Shown: positions 56,903-64,000 of the stretch, piece by piece
Layout: the number at the start of each line of letters is the position of its first letter
Position numbering within the stretch: the stretch's first letter is position 1
Assembly (NCBI GenBank): GCA_965644315.1
Contig: CBFFRQ010000032.1
Coordinates: 744,001 to 808,000, forward strand
DNA length: 64,000 nt
From: Caecitellus pseudoparvulus
Lineage: Eukaryota; Protista; Bigyra: Bicosoecida
Direction of reading: 5' to 3'
Made by a program: the position numbers and the translations under genes
The notes under the pieces: model-generated
The model's input: the letters and a program-made list of their open reading frames with translations, nothing else
What the model was told of the DNA's origin: nothing
The model's database searches: none

Positions 56903-58749
56903 TCACTCCTCCCCTGCCTCGTGCAGGTACATGGTGCTGCCCATGCCCGCAAGACTGCGCATGGAAGATCGCTCGCTGGCGTGCAGAGCTGCCTCCTGCC
57001 GAGTGTCTGGCCTGGGCGGCATGTCGCCCTCGGCGCCCACTGCAGCTGCTGCCTGCTTGCCCTCTGCCTCCTCGTCGAATTTGCCGCCCTCCTTGGACTC
57101 CGCCGCACCGCCCAAGTCGCCTGGACTGCCTGTTCCCTCGAATGATTCCGCAGCAGTGGACGGCCGGGCAACGGTAGCGCGCCCTCCTCCCAGAGCTTCC
57201 AGCTCCGCTGCCTCGATTTGAGCAGCCGTGACGCCCAGTGCAGTCAGCAGCGCTGCGAGCTGCTCTCGCTCCCGGTGCAGGCGCGCCAACACCGCCCTGT
57301 TCTGCACCAGCTTTTTCTGTGCCAGCGCAAGGTGCATCTCCAACTGTTCATCTTGAACAACCTCGTTGGCAATGGGTTTGTTCTCGATGAGGCGCGTCGC
57401 ATTGCCGAAGCGCAGCGTGCTCAGGCTCTCGCTGGCATTCCACTCAGAGGGGGACAGCGTGATGACGAGGGCAGTCCTGGAGTTCCCTCCCAGTGACGTG
57501 CACAGCAGACGAGTCAACTTCGAGTCTCGGTATGGCACGTGGGATGCAGTCTTGCTGGAGAGGGCGCGAATGACGCGGCCCAGAGTAAGCAGGGAAGCGT
57601 TGATGTGCCCCGCCTCCACCAGCTGCTCCCCCTCCACCTTGGTCTTGAAGGCGTTCTCACTGCCTGCCAAGTCACAGATGTACAACTGGGAAAAACGGAT
57701 GGTCTGCGTGTCTGGGTTCTGCCGTGCGATGGACACGATGAGCACTGCGTGCGAGCGGGAACTCTCCCGGTTCATTCGCGTCTCCGCCACCCGCCGGTTG
57801 GCAGCGCCCCGGTCCACCACTTCCATGGCCTCTGTCAAGCTGCGCACAGGTACCCTGCCATGGGGAGCACCAAGCCAGGCTCTGTGTGTGCTGCTGCACG
57901 GCCAGTGGGCGGTCGCGAGAAGCGCACGCACTCGGTGGCACCAGTGATAAAAATGCCCCTGTCCTTGTCTTCGTACATGTCGAGACTACCTGTTGTGGGC
58001 ATGATGAGGTCGTACACCACCTCCTTGTAGATCTCAACGTAGCTCTGCGAAGGTGGCCAGGGCAGTGTCAGCTCCAGCTCTCTCGAGTGGACATGGCACC
58101 CACCGCACCAGCCGTAGGTCAAAGCGGGCCTTGCTGGACAACAGGGCAGCAAACAGGTCTTCAAACATGCGCGGCACGAGGCCCTTGTGCTGGGCAGAGT
58201 TCGTGCGGCCTGTGATGGTGTGTGTCTTGCCGCTGCCTGCAGTGGAGGATGGAGCAGCGCGTCGAGTGTTGCGACCGAACGTGGGAGCCTTGTGACAGCA
58301 GTGAAGCAGACAGGCAAGTGGCACCACTTGCCTGTCTGCCCATACGCAAGGATGCAAGAGTTGATACCATCCAGCGCCCCTGCAACGGGAGGGCAGGTAG
58401 CCGGCGTGGTGAGCCAGACACGCCAGGAGTGCCTCGCTAGGCCGCACCTGACACCATGGGTGCTGCGACCTGTTCATACACTTCTTCTTGAGTACTATGC
58501 ATGGGGAAGACCTGGTCAAACTGAAACGTGCTCCGCTTGCCTTCCGCCTGTACGTGTGCCGGCAACGAGCGTCTCATCCAAAGCCTGCGGGATTTGTCGC
58601 GTGCAGCATCTCACATCCACCCGCAATTGCTCTGTTCCCAGGACTTCCACAGCCACGGCAGGTCCCCTCTCCATCTCCACTGCATTCAGAGGGCGAACTC
58701 GGGCAACCACCTTGACCGACTCTCCTTCCCCTCCATACAAGTCTGCCAT
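56903..58749 (-). CDS. Kinesin motor protein (kinesin-1-like motor, short tail)
   Basis: VKVVARVRP, AYGQT|GSGKT, SYVEIY, MNRESSRSH, DLAGSE, HVPYRDSKLTRLL..LGGNSRT; several introns. Confidence 0.92.
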
Positions 58750-59239
58750 TGTGCTGAGAGCTGTTGCTGCTGGAGCTTGCTCGGCAGCTTCCCTGGCCAC
58801 AATCGACTCGGCGAGGACGGCGACGCAACTTTCAACTCAGCAAAGGCCTACAGTGGGAAAGGGGCGGGCATTTGGTTTGGGTCATGCCACTGCAGCTGCA
58901 GCCACGTTGGGAGTGGTTCGAGGAAAAGTTGCGACTGAGTCGGACTGAAGATGAGGCACAGCCGAGTTCAGGCTTCGAAGGACATGCAGGCGCACAGTGG
59001 TTCCAAAAAACTCACATCCATGCTGTACATGCGACCAAATGCCACCAAACTCCTTTCCTGTGCAACTTTGCCTTTGCTCGGCTCACCAGGCGCAACTTGC
59101 CGCAGGGCCACTCGACTGCGCGCAGCAGCGTTACACCAGTGCTGCCGTGACGTTGAACGGGCCTCCCCCTTGCCGGACGGCGAGCTGGCCAGCCCAAGGG
59201 CGAGTGCTGGAGTAAGACAAACGACAGCAGGCAGACGTC

Positions 59240-62200
59240 ATGCAGGCAAACCCCATGAACCGTGAGTGGACGGCGCCCAGTCCCAGCCGAGGTGCAGCGG
59301 AGCAAGCTCGTGCCACGCCAACCTCACTGAGCCCTGCGCCTGAACCCACCGCAGCCATGGCGGGGCACAGCCGAGCAGAGAGTGTGGAGCCCGTGGACTT
59401 TGCAGTGCTGCAGCAGGCCTCGGCGGCCGGCTCTCGCGGCAGAGTCTGGCAGCGGCAGGCTGCCATGGACATGCTGCGAGGAAACGGTGGCAACAACTCG
59501 TTCGACGTGTCGGCGAGCTACCTTGGCCGCACAAAGGCCATTAGCAAGCCTGTAGACGTAGCCACCACTGCCATTCTGGCCAAGCGACTGCTTGCACGTC
59601 ATCGCAGCAAGAAGGCGATGCGAGAGGGCGGAGACTCGAAGGGGACGCCAGGGGTCGCTGGCGGCGAGGGTGAGGATGAAAGTGGGTGGGACGAAGAGGA
59701 AGGGCAGTACAGCAGCGGGGAGTCCGAGGACTACAGCGAGGAAGAGGAGGAAGAGCTGGAGCTGGAGAGTGGCGACGAGTTCGAAGATGACGACGGGGGT
59801 GTGTGGGTGTACTCTGCCCGGGAGGATGCGTGGACATTGGCGAACGAGGAGGACGAGGAGGAAGAGTACGAGCTGGACAGTGACTATGAGGGTGCAGAGG
59901 AGTATGGCTTGGACTTTGGACAGGCACATGACGTGGAGGCGCCCCCTACCGCCACACACAGCGCCGGACCCGCCGTGAGGGCGCCCATCCCACCTGACAG
60001 CAAGGTGGTTGCCAACCCTGTCGCGCCCCAAGTGCACCCTCGGCAGCCGCCCCCACCTCCCAATGTCAACATGTATGTGCCGGCAGGCACAGCAGAGGGG
60101 CACTACCTCCCTCCTCAGTACTTCATGGCGTACCAGCAGCGGGCGGTCATGGACCTGGTCAGCAGCAGTGCGCGAGCCAGAGAGCAAACCATGCAGGCAG
60201 TGCGGGCCCAAGCCTCCCAATCGCGTCGAGCGCCAGGCATACCAGCATTCACTCGCCAGGGCACGCTGGACACTGGCGCCAGTGCTGACGTGGATGTGGC
60301 CCATGCCGACGCGGCCAAGGTGCACCCGCGTGTGGATGTGCAAGGAGTGCCACGCAAGTTCCCTGTGTGCGGCACTCCCACGGGGCGGCATTGCTTCCGG
60401 TACGTCGATGAGTGGTTCTGCTGCGCGGTGTGCGGGGACACGACCTCTGTGTCGTACCTTGCCGAGTTTGGGCCCGGCATTTCCCTGTACTTCAAGTACA
60501 TCAAGTGGCTGGCGTGGGTGTTCGGGCTGCTGTCCCTCGTGCACCTGCCTGCGATGGTGCTGAATGCCATTGGGCCAGGGGCCACCCTGGGCACTGCAGT
60601 GGGTGACTTGGGGGTGCACTCCCTCACCCTGGGCAACCTGGGAGACGCCCGCAACGTCACTGAAATCTTCCTGCCCCTCACCACGTGTGGCGACAGGCAG
60701 TGCTCCCTGTCAAAGGAAGACGTCGCAGTGCTGTACTCACTGTGTGGCCTGCTGGGCACAGTGTTGATGCTGGTTGCATACATGTGGCTGCGTTTCTTCG
60801 AGGCGCGGGAGCAGCCCCTTGTGGACGAGGACTACATCACAGTGGATGACTACGCGGTGGCGGTGCGCCCCCTGCCAGCCACCGCCGACGATGTCTCCTT
60901 GCGCAAGCACTTTGAGAAAGTCACAGGGCATCACGTGGTGGAAGTGAACGTTGCCCGAGACGAAAGTAAGTTGGTGCGCCTGGCTGAGCAGCGAGGCGCC
61001 AATATCCGCAAGCTGGTGGAGGTCGAGGAGGAGCTGCTGGAGGCATCTGCCTCTGGCAATCGCAAGGCTTTCCGGGCGCTGCAGGGCCGCAAGGCAAAGA
61101 TTCTCAGCCTCATTAGCAAGGTTGACAAGGCCATCGGAAGCGAGCGGGAGCGGCACATTGGCGTGCTGGCCCAAGTTGCACGGTCTGGCAGCCCGGCTCT
61201 GCTGAAGAGCAAGTCTGGTCTGAAGGGGCGTTGGAGGGGGCGAGGCCGTGCTCTTGGTGCCTTCGTCGTCTTTGACACCGAAGCAGGGCGCGAGAAGGCA
61301 CTGCAGCTGTACCGTGGCAGCAACCTCTGGTGCTTGCGCATTTGCCAGTCAGAGAAGCTGCGCTACCGCCCAGCCCTGCGCATTGCCCAGGACGGGAAGA
61401 AGACGGACCTTGGCGGCTCGAGTGAGGCTTGTGCGTGCTGCTGGAAAACCTCATCAGGTCGCATGCCCATCAGAGTCGTGCCAGCCCCTGACCCCTCCAG
61501 CATCAAGTGGAAAAACCTCGGCGCCAACGCGTGGAACAGGGGCGCGCGCCGCTGCTGCACCACCCTCTTTGCCCTGTTCGCCATCGCGCTGTCCTTTGGC
61601 TTGCTCGTGTGGGCTTCCTACCGCCAGCAGCAAGTGAGGGAGACAGGCGGCGAGGCGGTCTGTCCCGAAGACCGGCGCGTCACCCTGCAGGACGTGCAGG
61701 GCAACGATGAACTGCTGCATTGCTACTGCTCCGGGCTGGGAGCGCGGGACCTTGTGCAGGATTCAAACTGCCGCGGTTGGGTGAGGGAGCGGTCGCTGGC
61801 CACTGCAGTGCAGGCCATCTCGTCAGCCAGCGTCGTGGCGGTGAACTTGGCCCTCGCCACCATCATGAAGCGCCTGACTCAATTCGAGAAGCACCACAGC
61901 ATGGATTCGCAGTCCATGTCGCTGTCCATTCGCCTGTTCTTCTCGCAGTTCATCAACACTGCGCTGGTCACAGTGTTCGTCAATGCGGACTGGACCCTCA
62001 TCGGTGTACCCGTCGCCCCCATCTCCCAGCAGTACGATGACTTCTCCTCTGCTTGGTACGCCACGGTGGGGGCTGGCATTGTGCTCACCATGCTGCTGAA
62101 CATCATCTCGCCACATGCGTTCCCGCTCGCGCGCTGGGCGCAGCGCAGGTGCATGACGCGCGTCGCGCTAGGGGAGCCTTTCTGCTACTGCCCCTCCGTT

Positions 62201-63289
62201 ATCATGCGGTTGTGCTGCTTGTGCTGCTGCCCTCGGTGGTGCTGTGATGTGGTGAAGGAGATCCCGCACTCCACTGTGCGCTCGCGCCAGCGCCACTACT
62301 GCTGCGCTCGACTGTGTGCGCCCTGCATGCCCAAGCACCAAGACAAGCTGACCAAGCTCTTCACGGGGCCCGAGTTCCGCCTGTCTGTACGGTATGCCCA
62401 GCTTACAAACACCATCTTCGTGTGCCTGACCTTCGCCGCAGGCATGCCCATCCTTCTCCCCATCGGCTGCGCTTCGTTCATTGTGTCATTCTACGTCGAC
62501 AAGTACCTCTTCCTGCGCTTCTACCGCATTCCCCCGCACTACGACTCACGCATGGGCATGACCATGTCTGGCCTCTTTCCTTACGCCATCCTCCTGCACG
62601 TCGGCTGTGCTGCGTGGATGTACTCAAACAAAGCCATCTTCTCAAGTGCAGAGTACGTCCTGCAGCAAGTGCAAGACGGCGCTTTGTCTGCTGGTGGCGC
62701 CCTGGAGACTGCCACCCTGACGTACTCGGAGCGCCTGTCCCAACTGCACGTCATCCCCTTCATCGTCTTGTTCTTCGGCATTTCCATTTTCCTTGTGGCT
62801 GTCAATGCCCTCGAGCAGGTGTCCTCGGCAGCAGGCAGGTGCCTGTCCATCATGACCTGTGGCTACTGCCAGGCCCACGCCGACTTTATGAGCCAGCTGG
62901 CGAAGAACAAGACCCCCCTGACGTTCACGCAGGCAACTGCCCCTGGCCCGAACAACACCCCCCCTAAGATGATTGGGACTGCCTCCTACAACATCCTCAT
63001 GCAACCTCACTGCCAGGAAGCCTTTGCTCTCTCCACCGCCTTCGTGAGGGACAAGAAAGCCTTCAAGAACGTCGCAGACATCGTGTTCGACGCCCTGCCC
63101 ACGGAGGAGCGCCTGCGGGCTGAGCGGCAAGCCATCAAGGCGAAGGTGAAAGAAGGCCGCAAACAAAAGCAGCGCGATGTCACGAAACAGCTCCGGGCGC
63201 AGAAACGCGCAGACAAGCGGGACCGTGCTGTGGCAGCCAAGATGGCGCACACAGCTGCGCTGAAGAAGTCGAAAGGGCGAAGGCGCTGA
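59240..63289 (+). CDS. OSCA/TMEM63 (CSC1)-like channel of the TMC/anoctamin superfamily
   Basis: FGPGISLYFKYIK, TVDDYAV, AFVVF, APDPSSIKWKNL, FEKHHS, GPEFRLSVRYAQ, GMPILLP, VDKYLFLRFYRIPPHYD; about ten TM helices; acidic N-terminus. Confidence 0.85.
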   Translation: MQANPMNREWTAPSPSRGAAEQARATPTSLSPAPEPTAAMAGHSRAESVEPVDFAVLQQASAAGSRGRVWQRQAAMDMLRGNGGNNSFDVSASYLGRTKAISKPVDVATTAILAKRLLARHRSKKAMREGGDSKGTPGVAGGEGEDESGWDEEEGQYSSGESEDYSEEEEEELELESGDEFEDDDGGVWVYSAREDAWTLANEEDEEEEYELDSDYEGAEEYGLDFGQAHDVEAPPTATHSAGPAVRAPIPPDSKVVANPVAPQVHPRQPPPPPNVNMYVPAGTAEGHYLPPQYFMAYQQRAVMDLVSSSARAREQTMQAVRAQASQSRRAPGIPAFTRQGTLDTGASADVDVAHADAAKVHPRVDVQGVPRKFPVCGTPTGRHCFRYVDEWFCCAVCGDTTSVSYLAEFGPGISLYFKYIKWLAWVFGLLSLVHLPAMVLNAIGPGATLGTAVGDLGVHSLTLGNLGDARNVTEIFLPLTTCGDRQCSLSKEDVAVLYSLCGLLGTVLMLVAYMWLRFFEAREQPLVDEDYITVDDYAVAVRPLPATADDVSLRKHFEKVTGHHVVEVNVARDESKLVRLAEQRGANIRKLVEVEEELLEASASGNRKAFRALQGRKAKILSLISKVDKAIGSERERHIGVLAQVARSGSPALLKSKSGLKGRWRGRGRALGAFVVFDTEAGREKALQLYRGSNLWCLRICQSEKLRYRPALRIAQDGKKTDLGGSSEACACCWKTSSGRMPIRVVPAPDPSSIKWKNLGANAWNRGARRCCTTLFALFAIALSFGLLVWASYRQQQVRETGGEAVCPEDRRVTLQDVQGNDELLHCYCSGLGARDLVQDSNCRGWVRERSLATAVQAISSASVVAVNLALATIMKRLTQFEKHHSMDSQSMSLSIRLFFSQFINTALVTVFVNADWTLIGVPVAPISQQYDDFSSAWYATVGAGIVLTMLLNIISPHAFPLARWAQRRCMTRVALGEPFCYCPSVIMRLCCLCCCPRWCCDVVKEIPHSTVRSRQRHYCCARLCAPCMPKHQDKLTKLFTGPEFRLSVRYAQLTNTIFVCLTFAAGMPILLPIGCASFIVSFYVDKYLFLRFYRIPPHYDSRMGMTMSGLFPYAILLHVGCAAWMYSNKAIFSSAEYVLQQVQDGALSAGGALETATLTYSERLSQLHVIPFIVLFFGISIFLVAVNALEQVSSAAGRCLSIMTCGYCQAHADFMSQLAKNKTPLTFTQATAPGPNNTPPKMIGTASYNILMQPHCQEAFALSTAFVRDKKAFKNVADIVFDALPTEERLRAERQAIKAKVKEGRKQKQRDVTKQLRAQKRADKRDRAVAAKMAHTAALKKSKGRRR

Positions 63290-63338
63290 GGGGGCGTGAA
63301 GGGAACCACTTGATACTGAAAGTTGCAGTGTTTTCCTT

Positions 63339-64000
63339 CTATGAATGCAGTGTTTCGTGCTCTGACGGCAGCGCGGGCGAGTCCAGCCGCCCCAAGCACA
63401 CGATGTCACGACCCACCTTGAACGTCGTCAGGCCTCGGGAAGCAGGTGAAGCTGCGGGGGGACCTACGGGAACAAGGCCCAAAAAGTGACTGGATGGAAG
63501 TGGCTTGCCTTGTGCTGGCCACTTGCTCGCAAGGGGGGACGATGGAGCCCGAATGCCGCCAACAAAGACAGGTGCAACAGTGACGGCCACCAACTGCACG
63601 AGCTGTGGCTGAAGCGCAGCCTGCTGCAGCAAGCTTGTGATAAGACCAGCCCCACCTTCCACCATGATTGACCAAAGCCCCAATGCACGCAACGAGTCCC
63701 AGATGCTCGCAAATTGCGCGTGTCCATCCTCGTCCATGCGCACGCCGACACAGGTTGCCCCTGCAGCCACCAACGCGCGCGCCCGGGCTTGTGAGGCGCC
63801 ATCCACGTCCTTACCATGCAGCACAACGACCTGACGTCCTGCTTCCCTGGCGATACGCAGCAGACGTGCCGTTGGGGGCAGGCGAAGGTCGCGGTCAAGC
63901 ACCACTGGCACTGGGCTCGGACCTGGCACCAGTCTACAGGTCAAGCTGGGGTCATCTGCAAGTGCCGTGCCAATGCCGATAAGAATAGCATCATGCATCG
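63339..64000 (-). CDS. RibD C-terminal / RIB7-type pyrimidine reductase (riboflavin pathway), 5'-partial
   Basis: HDAILIGIGTALADDPSLTCR, PVVLDRDLRLP, SIMVEGGAGLI. Confidence 0.85.
   Translation of the reverse strand, partial: MHDAILIGIGTALADDPSLTCRLVPGPSPVPVVLDRDLRLPPTARLLRIAREAGRQVVVLHGKDVDGASQARARALVAAGATCVGVRMDEDGHAQFASIWDSLRALGLWSIMVEGGAGLITSLLQQAALQPQLVQLVAVTVAPVFVGGIRAPSSPLASKWPAQGKPLPSSHFLGLVPVGPPAASPASRGLTTFKVGRDIVCLGRLDSPALPSEHETLHS

Noticed and set aside
59670-59900. GAG/GAC-rich quasi-repeats
   Set aside because: They encode the acidic N-terminal tract of the channel protein, not a repeat element.

Overview
GC-rich, very compact eukaryotic genomic DNA. It holds about 27 protein-coding genes, short GT-AG introns of roughly 50-120 nt and intergenic gaps often under 150 bp. 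Axonemal genes (DRC8, FAM166-like) indicate a flagellated protist; a heterotrophic stramenopile-like origin is my inference only. Housekeeping content: DRC8/EFCAB2, ketohexokinase, Topors-like RING, a J-protein, an HSL esterase, SPT3, TMEM87/GOST, NudC, a GRIP golgin, PUF60, APC10, mitochondrial SHMT, a PDZ protein, GH18, kinesin, an OSCA/TMEM63-like channel and a RibD-type reductase. A >3,100-codon cadherin/IPT adhesion ORF runs off the left edge and is missed by the ORF track. Best leads: (1) an accessory block at ~42.3-49.3 kb, where a Crinkler/RHS-like NTPase plus putative PD-(D/E)xK nuclease gene carries one N-terminal copy of an apparently unnamed ~120-aa helical domain; the convergent neighbour gene is made of four tandem copies of that domain, with an intron at the same position (candidate homotypic effector/adaptor or effector/inhibitor pair). 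(2) An unannotated, structurally intact but divergent U2 snRNA with branch-site recognition sequence GUAGAA instead of GUAGUA and a non-canonical Sm site. (3) A recurrent AATGCA motif just downstream of many stop codons (candidate lineage-specific poly(A) signal), palindromic between convergent genes. (4) BAR-myotubularin and FHA-F-box-LRR fusions. All calls were made by eye from motifs; no database searches were run.
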